Shown here piece after piece: positions 35,028 through 46,500 of a stretch of 64,000 bases of DNA. A program made the position numbers and the translations under genes. The notes under the pieces are model-generated. The model saw only the letters and a list, made by a program, of their open reading frames with translations. It made no database searches and was not told where the DNA came from. The stretch is from Zygnema circumcarinatum SAG 698-1b. Taxonomy: Eukaryota; Plantae; Zygnematophyceae. The stretch's first letter is position 1, and each line of letters starts with the position of its first letter. The stretch is from NCBI GenBank assembly GCA_037447605.1, contig CM074817.1, positions 1,798,001 through 1,862,000 of the forward strand. Reading direction: 5' to 3'.

Positions 35028-38000
35028 GGCTGCCTACTTAGTGGGTCTGCTACATTCAGCCTTCCGGGCCGATAAACCCACTGACAGTCAAACCTTTGGA
35101 GGAACTCAGACCAGCGTGCCTGCCGCCTAGACAGGGTCTGTTGGGTTGAGAGGAACGTCAGCGGGCGGTGGTCAGTGACCAGCGTGACCGCTTTCGCCCC
35201 CTCTAAATAGCACCGCCATGTCCTCCGGGGCGTGGACCGCTACTGGCTTGAGTTCGTTACATTGCGGGAATAGTTGCTTTCGGCGGGATTCATTTCGCGA
35301 CTTTCATAAGCCAAAGGTTGGCCATCACGAAACAAGAGCTGGCACCCAAAGCGAATCGAAGCATCACAAACCACTTCATAAGGTTTGGACGGGTCCGCTA
35401 AACGGAGAGTGGGTGCGGTAACAAGTGCATGGCGCACACCTTCGAATGCATCCTGGCATTCAGGGGTCCATGTAAAGGGGACACCGGAACGTGTCAAATT
35501 AGTCAAGGGGGTAACCAGTTTACTAAACCCTTGGATGAACTTACGAAAATAATTCGCAAAGCCCAGAAAAGACCTCAACTGGTGCAGGTCAGTCGGTGGC
35601 GCCCAAGTTTCTACCGCTGAAACTTTGGCAGGGTCAGGCCGAAGGCCCTGATCATTGAGAATATGCCCAAGATAAAGCAACTCACGTTGCATGAAGTGAC
35701 ACTTCTTCCTCTTGGCATAAAACTGGTGTTTCCTCAAGGTCTCAAACACTTTCCGAACGTGTTCAAGATGTTCCTCCTCTGTCTTACTGAAGACAAGGAT
35801 ATCATCGAGGTAAACCAAAACAAATTCGTCCATGCCGATGAACATCTGGATTCATGACAGCACAGAAAGTTGCGGAGCATTAGTCCCAATCCAAGGCGCT
35901 TACCTTATATTGAAATGACCCGATGATTGTCCGGGCGCAGCGTTTGGCACATCAGCTTCAAGTAACACCGGATCTGATGGAGTACCACCGGCGGGCTCAA
36001 GTGATGTGAACACTTTGGCCGTGAAGGCGATCCAACAGATGCGTCGTCACGTGGTAAACAAATCGATTCTTTACGGTGATCTTGTTGAGTCTTGATAATC
36101 AATGCATCCTCGGCGAACCATGCGTTCTTCCCAACGAACAAGATGGGCGCCCCAAAGGGGCTCTGACTGGGTTCTATCCAGCCCTTGTCACGTAAAGTTG
36201 CCAACTGCTTTCGCATCTCCTCGGTTTCTTTCGGACTTAACCGATAGATCGGCCGCCAAGGCGGCTTTTGCTCAGGCTCAAGAGGGATTGTGTGCCCCAC
36301 CCCTCTCGATGGTGGCAACCCTCTTGGAAGGTCGTCAGGGAAGACATCCCTGAACTCATCCAACAGAGGTTGGATCTGAGACGGAACAGCCGGGAGCACA
36401 TCCGTAGATGTGATCTGCCATTCTTGGTCTTCGTCATGAACATCCTCAGTGGCTGCCATGACATGCACCATGAACAGGGTGCAACCCTCCTTAACTGCCT
36501 TGGCCAATTGCATAGCCGAGCAGAGATAAGGAGTATCAACCTGCGCTAACGCAGTGGATGTGGTTTTGCCAGGGTGTAGTGTGATGCGCCTATCCCCACT
36601 GTGCAGAATACAGTGTGGGATGGAAAAGTCCAATTGGGCTTTGACCATGGTTAACCAAGCACTCCCCAAAATAACATCCGTTCCAGAGGCCAGTTGTGTC
36701 AGAAGGCACTTCACTGCCCCGGAGTAGGATTGGAGCTTGATCTTGAGTGTGACGCTACCAGGAATCCGGCCTTGCGTCCATCCCGAAAGTAACGCACTTT
36801 ACGAATGGGGATATGTGGTCAGCAAATCTGCGGGTGAGTGCGGAGAACTAACAAAGGATTAGCGTCGCCCGGTATCTGCTTGAAGAGTATCAACTGCGGG
36901 GGTGGCCAGGTGACCCGATGAAGGTCGTAACGCGATGGGCAAGATGGAACATAGATAAGCACTATATGCGAGGGGTGAGGACGAGCCGTCCTCCACACCA
37001 AGGTGTAGGGGGATCCAACCAGTGAACTGGTGGATCCTTCCATCGTTTGCACCAGCTTATGCCCTTTTCTCAGCTGTTTCACCAACCGCCAGGTGGCGTT
37101 GGGAAAAGTGCGAACTGCCAAGTGCTGAGGAACCAGCACATGCAGCCCAAGGATGTGGGAAGTATCCCGCAAGAGAAGCAAGGCATCCATGGCACATCTC
37201 ATCAAGACATCATACATAGCATTGAGAATTGAAACACTTATGCCACTGGCCACGCATCAATACATCCATAAACCTAGAGGGAGTCACCACGGTGGCGAGG
37301 GAAAGAAAAGGACATGGGGCTCGAGAGGCGCATGACACACAAGCGAGATCGTGCACCCCCCGAGGTCTGCCAGCAAGTTAAGCATGTCGGGACCTAAGCC
37401 ACAAAGTTTCTTAGCATTGTATTTGTCTTCCCACATCCCCTAACTGCCCACTCCTGCTTGGCGACTCCTAAAGCTGGCCCCGGTGGGTTGGAAGGGTTTC
37501 CAGGCCTGCCCTTCTTGTCCTTGGAGTTGAGAGGGCAATCCCGGCCTTGTGCCCCTCCTTGCGGCAGCGGAAACACTTGTTCTCCCGCTGCATCTTCTCC
37601 ATTTCCTCACGATGGAAACACAGCGTGATGCGGTGGAGGTGGGGCGGGCAACCACTTCGGCGTTGCTTCAGCTATTCTTTCACCTTTAGTTTGGCGGTAG
37701 AATCACTTCCGCGACCATCCCGTCGCCCGACCTCTCTTTGGGGTCGGAAGGGGCTACGCTCGCTGCGGTGTCCAACTGAATAGGCGCATCAAAGTACGGC
37801 TCTCAGAGTCATTGGGGTCCCGCGGTTTGATCCCGTGGGTTGGTTCTTAAATTTGCTTCCTGGTGTGGCTTCAAGCCATTCTGAAGTGGAAGAAGAACTT
37901 CGGCTTGTCGAGCTTGTGAGTGAGTACGAGGCACCACTTGTGGCGAATCTCATGGCCTTGTGGCTGCCGGTTTGGACCATGTTCTGAAACTTATCCCGGG

Positions 38001-39539
38001 CCTCCAAGCCGGGATCCAAGGCCCCAAAGTGTTTGATAAGTTCATCTCTGAACTTATCCCAATGCGTCCCAATCTCGTCGAGGAGAGGCCCTCCTTACGG
38101 TGTCAGGCTCCTCTACGAGTCTTTGGGTAAGCAAAGCTTACCGGAGAGGGAGACAGGTTGATGCCAGTAGCCGCCGTTTGACCCAACCTTGCTCAATCCG
38201 TGATCCGTGGTAGGATGTTAGCCCCAAAAGAAGGAAGAGGGCCACCTTGGCCGATTAGTCGGGCATCCTGATGAGTTCTTGAGAGCGGTCCAGAGGGCGG
38301 GATCTCCTCCCGCCCGCCGGCAAGCCCCTTGCCGACGGGGTCCCCCACTGCGGGGTGGTTCGCCACCCCCATGGGGGTGACTCCCCCCCGTTGAATCAAC
38401 ATGGGGTCCAAATCTCTGCCGGTACGCCCCAGGGCCGGTTCAAGGACGCGGTAGCGGCGATCTTTGCAGCGGTGGTGTACTAGCACTTCGAGTTACTGCA
38501 TCTCTCACGCCTCTACGGCGAGGAGGGGTTGAGGCATACCTTCCCGATCCCTCGAGGAGCATCCGAAAGGCGGAACTCCATTTGGAGCGTGTCCACCAAG
38601 CGGCGGACCGTGAGCTCCATGTCGTCCACCTGCCTCGTACAGGCCATGGTGGCGACGCGCTGCTGCCTGACATCCGCTCCCAGTTCGTCGATCTTCTTCT
38701 TCATCTTCAGGGAAGCGCCCACCGTGATGTGGGCCCCGATCATGGGATCGGCGGATTCTGCCGGAGCCAGCGGCTCCGGTGACGCGGGGAGAGGGGCAGC
38801 AGTCACCGGATGACCTTGGTCATCCGTGGGCTCGGGACTGGGCCCCTCCATGGGGATGGCCGCAGTCTCCGATGTCTCCTCCATCACCTCGTCCCGAGGA
38901 ACAGGTGGTGGAGGTGGCGGCCCCGAGGGCCCCGGGTCCCCTCCGGCCCGGCGAGTGGTCACCATGACCAACAGGTTCCTTCCCAAAAAGAAACGAAAAC
39001 CTGCTCTGATACCAAATGTCACGACTGAAATCTAGCCCCTTCAGCCGTGCGCGGAATTACACTTCAGAGTTCAGCTAAGAGAGAGAGAGAGAGGGAGAAA
39101 GCGCTTCAGAGTGGGGAGCAGCCCGGGATGGGCGTGCAACCGTATGCCGGTATGTTGGTTGGGTGACCGCGATCGCCGCGCCCTATCACCTTCCCCGTTG
39201 AACCTCCACCACGGCATGGAGGATTGGAAGCGAGGCGTCAATAGCCAAAGCTGCCCGCGTGTCCCTCTCGCTGCATGGAGTCCGAGAGGTGCTGCGCCAC
39301 GAATGCCGCCGCGCACGGCATTCAGCGGCCGCCCAGCAGCGCGGCAGCGGCGCACGCCCGTCACGTCGGTGCGCGGTCCGGATCACAGCGGCGGCGGGAG
39401 TCCGGCGGCGTCTGTCGCGTACCAGCCGGGTAACCCGTTAGCGTCTCTGGACGGACGGCGAAGCCTAAAAAGGGGATCGGGCGTGGCCCGCTGGATCCGT
39501 AACCCTTCCCCCTTGGGGTGACTGTAGCGTTTCGCTACA
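35028..39539 (-). mobile_element. Ty3/Gypsy B, second copy
   Basis: ADPLSRQP at ~35050-35028; RT YLDD ORF 35240-35845; PBS 39003-39014; LTR 39017-39539. Confidence 0.88.
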
Positions 39540-40143
39540 TTCTCTCTCCTTTATACTCTCTCCCCTCGGCTCTCGCTCCTTTGCTCTCTCTCTCGCTTCT
39601 CTCTCCTTTGCTCTCTCCTCTAGTCTTTCTCTCCTCTACTCTCTCTCCTTTGCTCATTATCTCTCTCTCCTTTGCTCTCTCCTGTGCTCTCTCCTCTAGT
39701 TTCTCTCCCCTTTGCTCTCTCTACTCTAGTCTCTCGCCTCTCTGCTCTCACTCCTCTGCTCATTCTCTCTCTCCTTTGCTCTCTCCTGTGCTCTCTACTC
39801 TAGTCTCTCTCTCCTTTGCTCTCACTCCTCTGCTCATTCTCTCTCTCCTTTGCTCTCTCCTGTGCTCTCTACTCTAGTCTCTCACTCCTCTGCTCATTCT
39901 CTCTCTCCTTTGCTCTCTCCTGTGCTCTCTACTCTAGTCTCTCTCTCCTTTGCTCTCACTCCTCTGCTCATTCTCTCTCTCCTTTGCTCTCTCCTGTGCT
40001 CTCTACTCTAGTCTTTCTCTCCTTTGCTCTCACTCCTCTGCTCATTCTCTCTCTCCTTTGCTCTCTCCTGTGCTCTCTACTCTAGTCTCTCTCTCCTTTG
40101 CTCTCACTCCTCTGCTCACTCTCTTTCTCCTTTGCTCTCTCTC
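39540..40143 (+). repeat. CT-rich minisatellite, ~70-75 bp unit
   Basis: Near-identical tandem units: ctctctcctttgctctctcctgtgctctctactctagtctctctctcctttgctctcactcctctgctcatt. Confidence 0.9.
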
Positions 40144-40149
40144 TCGAAC

Positions 40150-40313
40150 GTTGCGCTGATGTGTGAAAGGAGAAAACGGGGGGGGAGGGAATATCCAAAA
40201 TGGGGGGGGGCGGATATTTCAAAACAGGGGGCAGAGTAGCCGAAATGGGAGGGTCGGATTTCAAAAAAACAGTGGCGGGATAACCAAAAAAGGGGGGCGG
40301 TATATAGTTCTCC
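40150..40313. mobile_element. Second copy of the MULE-like right TIR
   Basis: Near-identical to ~31800-31954; ends GGGGGGCGGTATATAGTTCTCC followed by poly-T. Confidence 0.75.
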
Positions 40314-40379
40314 TTTTTTTTTTGCTAAAAATAGTTAACATATTGTTTTTCAAAGCATAAAAAAGTAACAACAACAATA

Positions 40380-40536
40380 GGGGGTGTCGGACTTAACAAA
40401 TCTTCTGCAGCGTTACGAAGAAAAAGGTTGCGAAAGTACTCATACATGGCCGGATAGCGATTATCTTTGGAGTACTGGATTCGATGTCAAACTTTCACGA
40501 ACAGCGTCTTGAAATTTTTTAAATTCACGACACCCT
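40380..40536. mobile_element. Degraded copy of the 157-bp MITE
   Basis: GGGGTGTCGGACTTAA ... TTTAAATTCACGACACCC. Confidence 0.7.
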
Positions 40537-40564
40537 ATATAATGGCACAATGTTGTTTTGAGCG

Positions 40565-43500
40565 CCAAACTTTCATTGAACTTCAGCGATGGCGAGGCCA
40601 TCAAATTTACATGGATAAAGGCAAAATGTGGAACCACGAAGGACTGGTCACAAAGGACGAGAAACACAATAAGCGAAGCTGGGAGGCGAGGAAAACTACG
40701 CCTAGAGCGCACAACAGCGCAGCCTGAGCAGCAGCAGAAGGTCACCGTCTTGAGGCCGCGTCGCTGAGGAGGGAGGCGTGAGGAGATCCACCAACACGGT
40801 CACCAACAAGCTGCGACGCAGCGGTAAGCATTAGAAGCGGGGAGCAGCGTTGAAGAGCGGCGAATCTCCGTTAGCCGATAAAAGGAGTAGCCAAGATAAG
40901 CGGGAGGAGGGCTTCGAGGGCGTGCATCTCGAAGCGATGAGCGCAAAGCGCGGAAGGTATCAGCGGGTGTCGGCGACCAAAAATCTCAATAGCCATAGGA
41001 ACAAACTGTCGGTACGCATCCGCGGTGTTGAGCATATGCGCATCGCTGCGAAGGGGCAGCATCGCTGGCGGCCAGCGCGCTTACCGTGATGTCTTTGCGT
41101 GACAATAAATCGCGGCAACGAAGGGTTGGATGCGGCCAACACAATATCCCCAAAAATCGCCCGGGCACCATCCATAAGAGCCAAATCAGGGCAACTCCGC
41201 GCTCGCCACGAATAGTCGGCCGTGGGGACACCAGGTGGCTCGGCTCCCGTCGCACAAGGTAGTTAGCTTCTTGAGCCACCGCAGCAATCGCATCGCGCAC
41301 AACATTATGAGCCAAATTGCGTTCGCCCCCGTGTGCACATCGAAGTAGATGAACGCCCTGCGCATCAATCGAATCACCACAAACACAACGAGGAGAACCC
41401 GGCAATGGCGGATGGGGAGCCCGAGACGGTCGCTACCGCAAGTCGTAAACCGGGCCTCGTCAAACGGCGGGTGGAAAATATCGGGTAATGTACCAACCAA
41501 GCCCCAAAACCCCCGTGACCAAGACAAGAGCTGCTCTAGCACGCCAGCAACATCAGAAGGAAGAGCCGCAATAAGGGTAGAGAACTCAAGAAAGAACAAC
41601 CCTATCGGCCAAAGTGAGTCGGACACGGAATGTAATTCGGCCTGCTAGTTTAAACAAACGGGAAAGACGCAGCCCGAAAGACCAGTAGAAGCAAACCATG
41701 GGCGCGCCACGCACGTAAACCTAAAACGGAAGATCACCTCATCATCAACATGAGCGACAACAGATCGGGGCAACGGACGCATCACCACAATAAAACGCTG
41801 GCCAAAATAGTGAGCAACGAGCCCAACTACCCAAAAACGAAGAATTCGCCACAAGAATTGTCGGGATGAGTCCTAAACCGCCCGACGAAATAGGGATCTA
41901 GGCTTGCGTACGTTCAAGCGGACCCTCCGGTCGATCGAAAAATACCAGACCCAAAAAGGCGGCGACATACGTAAAACAAACGCCATCGAAAAGATTGCAA
42001 TGACTCAAGGAAAGCAGGGTTAGGAGGGAGAGTTCGCAAAAGGTATGACGGACGCAAAGCAAAACAACGAGTAAGCAAAGAAAAAGCCACCTGAGGATCT
42101 GAAAGATGTGGAAGCTCATCGACCTGAGACGTATCCTTGTTGATGTATGGGGTACATCAAGGTGTTGGTACTTAGTTCCTAGCATGAATGTTGTCCGGGA
42201 GATCAATGTGTTGGTATAGGGACAATGTCATGCATGAACGGTCATGTTTGGTGTAGGACCGAATGATGGGGGTGCCTGACATTAGGGGTACCCGTGACGG
42301 TGTCTAGGAATAGCGTTTAGGGTCGAGGGTTTGCGCTTTGACTTAGATCGAACTAAAGGGGGTGCGCGAGGCGCTTTTGACGGATTGGAGCGCCGCCGCA
42401 TTTGACCGCTGCCGCTGACTGTACGGACGACGCTGAAGTTTGCGGACGCTGATTTGAAGCTGAGCGATTTGCTGCTTACATGATTGACGCGATAAAGACG
42501 CTGGGGAAATGCCGGGCGCATCTCGGAAGCTGACGTGACGCAGGGTTCGCAATGTCGCGGAGAACTTGTGAGAGGCTTTTGGAGTGCGCCGATTGGTCGC
42601 AGCTACAGTGCGGAGGCAGGCACGAGCGCTAAAGTTGCCGGTGCGCGCCATGCAGCGCCGCTGAGTACCGGGACGAAGCGACCTAATTAAGACGCGCGCC
42701 GAGCGCCAAACGCTGGAGGGAGAAGTTGCGCGCTGAAACGGCTGCTGAATGTCGGCAAGGCGAATCGGTGACACGCCATGAATTACTCGCTGAGTGGGGT
42801 TCGCCGCTCGATTGTACGCGTAATGGTCGTATGGGCTAAGAATGCTACCGGTGGGTCAGCGGCTGGGCGAACTGCACGGGATGGACAACTAGGTCGGCGC
42901 TTCATCGTAGGGTTACGAAAGGCATCTACCGTCGCTAATCTTGAGTGCGCCACTCAGCTGAATGCAGGCCGGGCCGACGGACAATTGTGTCACGCCACAT
43001 CGCCGCGAAGTTGCTTGGGAGAGAGTGCTTGGCTCTCTCACTCAACTCACTCACTAACTCAAGCTCAACTCTCTAATGTACGCCGCTCGTCAGCCGGTCA
43101 AGCTTAGGAAGAGCAAGCAGAGGTTGAGGCGTAGGAGGAGTCCGCCCAGGTAACGGCTGGGTCGTGAGAACTAGCTCTCATCATGCTGCTTTGTTTGCTA
43201 AGTTAGATGATGTGTCCCCAGTGTGTTGAGTGTGTAGAGGAGGAGTTCATGTGGGCAAGTAGGGTGGCTATTACCGCTAGCCGGGGTAGGCTATCGTGAG
43301 AATAGGATAGGCTATGTGGAGAGTGAGAATCTAGCATAAGTGATTATGTAGATTTCAAAGAGCTTGTATTACACTCTCAAGTTTAAGGAGTTTTATGGCC
43401 GCGGGCTTTTCTCCTTATTACCGTGATCATTTGTCATGTGAGTCCTCGTGGTTGGATTGACGGGTGGATGAGTGGAGGCAGCCATTGTATGGCGGTGTTG

Positions 43501-46500
43501 CTCCACACGAGGAGATCATTGAGGAGCGCGGACTTGAGGAGCCGGTGACCACGGAGGAGAGTTGAAGTGTTCTTGTAGGGTGACGCTGGCTAGTTTTCTC
43601 CGGCCGCGGCGACCTCGCAAGGTGGATGGAAGGCGCTTTGTGGAGGAAGTGCATGTGGCCCGCGAAGATGAAGAAAGTTTTGGGCTTCATCCGGCATGTG
43701 GCTTGGTCCCTTCCCTTGAAGTTCCGCTTCGGCCCTCCTTGCACCAACAAGTGGTATCAGAGCTAACGGTTGAAATCTTGGAGCATCTAGTGCTTAAGGT
43801 TCAGTCTTAGAGCTTATAGTTGTAATCCGAAAGAGTACCAAGTGAGAGTGAGGGTTTTGGAGCATACTAGAGTGGGGGGGTTTCAGATCCTTGAGAGTAT
43901 GAGTTCCAAAGGGATAGATCCTTGACTAGAGAAAGAGCTGAAGATGTAGTTCTTTGGGGGAGCTGAATAGTTGGCTCAACGGTACTCAAGAGGATAGCTA
44001 TGGTCAAACCTGGAGTCACGCTATGTATTTCTGCTTTGTAGCAAGTAAGTTGTCGAATACTCGCTTTGAGTAGTCACAAGGGAGAGGATGCGTTTGAGTA
44101 CTAGTCTTGATGTACTGAGGAAAAGAGTGCGAAAAGAAGGCGCTAGCCTAATCCATTGATTCTAACGCTGTTTGAGAGATCCGCTCAAGGGGAGTCAAGT
44201 GGTCCGGGCGGCGTGGAGGTGCTGCATTGAGTAGCACACACTTGAGGTGACCCAACTCAGCGGAGTTGGTGGAGTCAGCGTGAGAGACGAACAAGCAAGG
44301 GTGGACTCACCTTTGGGAGCTTGTATGCTCGGATATGTAGAAGGCGAAGTGGCTTCATCGAAGGATTCGAGGGGAGAACTTACCAGCACTTCGAGAAGTG
44401 GAGAAGGCTCCAGTTCCATATCGAGATTGCCACGGTATGTGGAGGGGACTGCCCTCCCAAGCACGCTCTTGGGATTAGAGACTAGCTTTGGAGTTAGAGA
44501 CTAACAAACTGGAATCTTCACATCTGTTGTGGGAGAGACTAAGAGAGGTGTAGAGTGGCAAGCAGTGCCACGTAAGGAATTAGTTCATTTCAGATGCGTC
44601 TGGGGTGAAGGAGGCCCAAGATCTAGGATCTAGGGGAGAAAGCTGCCCAGGAATCATTGCTTAAATCCTGACTAGTCTGGTGGACAGATCTAGTGGAATT
44701 GATTGTCACTAAAGTTGTTAGTGAAGGACCANNNNNNNNNNGTGAGGTCCCAGGATCATGTAGAGGAAGTTGTTGGAGAAGGAGGCACTTCATTTGGGAG
44801 GAGGCCTACAACAAATGGCGAGAGTACCACGAGGAAGATTCGGAGGACAGTTTTGAACGACCTCATGTTTATGAGGGGGTGAGCGGCAATGGAGAAGACG
44901 ACATTTTGGATGTGTGAGTTGGGAGGAGAAGTTGGGACTTCTCGGGTTTACCTTTGGAGAATGACTTTGCAGATGTTGAAGGTTCCAACCACATTATTGA
45001 CAAGGTGTCAATTGGCGCCATGATGATCTGATGTGCAATCGATGCACATGCGCGGAGGGAAGACCATCGCTTAGCTGAGATGGCCCTGGGGAGAGTGCAC
45101 GGCTACCGAGATTCACGTGAATCAATCAAGGGGTTGATGCGTAAGCTGCAAAGGGTATGCCTGCTAGTGTTGCTGCTTCTTAGGGTGCAATGTTAGTATA
45201 GCTTGCAAGGAACTTACGTACCAAGAGGGGGATTGTTGATGTGTGGGGTACATCAAGGTGTTGGTACTTAGTTCCTAGCATGAATGTTGTCCGGGAGATC
45301 AATGTGTTGGTATAGGGACAATGTCATGCATGAACGGTCATGCTCTTGGTAGACCTAACATGGGGGTGCCCGTATCATTAGGCAACGGCACGCGTGTCTA
45401 GGAATAGTTTATAGGGGTCGTAGGTTTGCGGGCTTTGACTTAGATCGGACCAAAGGTGCGCTGGAGTGCGCGCTTGACGATTGGAGGCGCTGGCCGCACG
45501 GACGGCGCTGGGGCTGAATTGTACGGACGACGCGGTTTGCGGACGCTGAGATTTGAAGCGCTGGAGGCTGGATTTGCTGCTGTATTACGATTGGTCGCGA
45601 CAAAGACGCGAAAAACGCGCGCATCTCCGAAGGGATGTGGACGCAGGGTTCGCAATGTCGGTGGAGAACTTGTGAGATATTTGAGCCGCTGATTGGTCGC
45701 AGCCAGCGGCTAAGTGGAGTACGGAGCTGTGTCGTTGAGTGCGCCGCGAGCGCTGGAGTAATCGACGAGCGCATCTACCTGGCGTCGCTGGCGCTGAGCG
45801 CCAAACGCTGGAGGGAGTAGTTGGCGGGCGCTGAAACGATAAGTGGAATGCCTACGGCTTAATCGAGACACGCTTACGCGCGACCACTGGCTGGAGTGGG
45901 TCTTCGCTGGCTCGCATTGTACGCGTAATGGTCGGCGGCGCATGAATGCTACCGAGGGTCGGGCTAAGCGAAGCGGAACTGCACGGACGGACGGGCATTC
46001 AGGGTCGGCTTAATCGTAGGGTTTACGCAGGCGACTAGCCGGGTCGCCAATTCCTCGGTGCGCGCCACCAGCGGAATGTATAATGGCCGCGACGTGACAA
46101 TGTGTCACGGCCACATCGCCATGGTTGCTTAAGAGAGCGCCTGGGCTCTCACCTCAACTCACCTTCACTCAACTCAAGCCTCAATCCCTCTCTCAATGTA
46201 ATCGGCCGCCTTCCTGGCCGGGCCGGTCGCTTAGGAAGAGCAAGCGAGGTTGAGGCGAGAGGAGTCCGCCTCAGGCAATGGCTAGTCGCGGAGTAACTAG
46301 CCTCATCATGCTGCAGCGCTGAAGAAGTTGTGATGATGTGTCCCCTGGGCGCTATGCAGGGAGGAGTTCATGTAGGCAAGTAGTGCTCGCTACCGCAATG
46401 GGTGTGTAGGCTATCGAGAATAGATAGCGCTATGTGGGAGAGGGAGAATTCCAGCATGCGGGATTATGTAGGATTTCACAGCTTGTATTACACTCTTGAA

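Noticed and set aside
39540-40143. Regular repeat array considered as CRISPR-like
   Set aside because: There are no unique spacers, the units are contiguous low-complexity repeats, no cas genes are present, and the context is eukaryotic.
25046-41704. Biological tandem amplification of the TE nest
   Set aside because: The boundaries coincide with the scaffold gap and the differences look like read errors. It is kept only as a probable assembly artefact.
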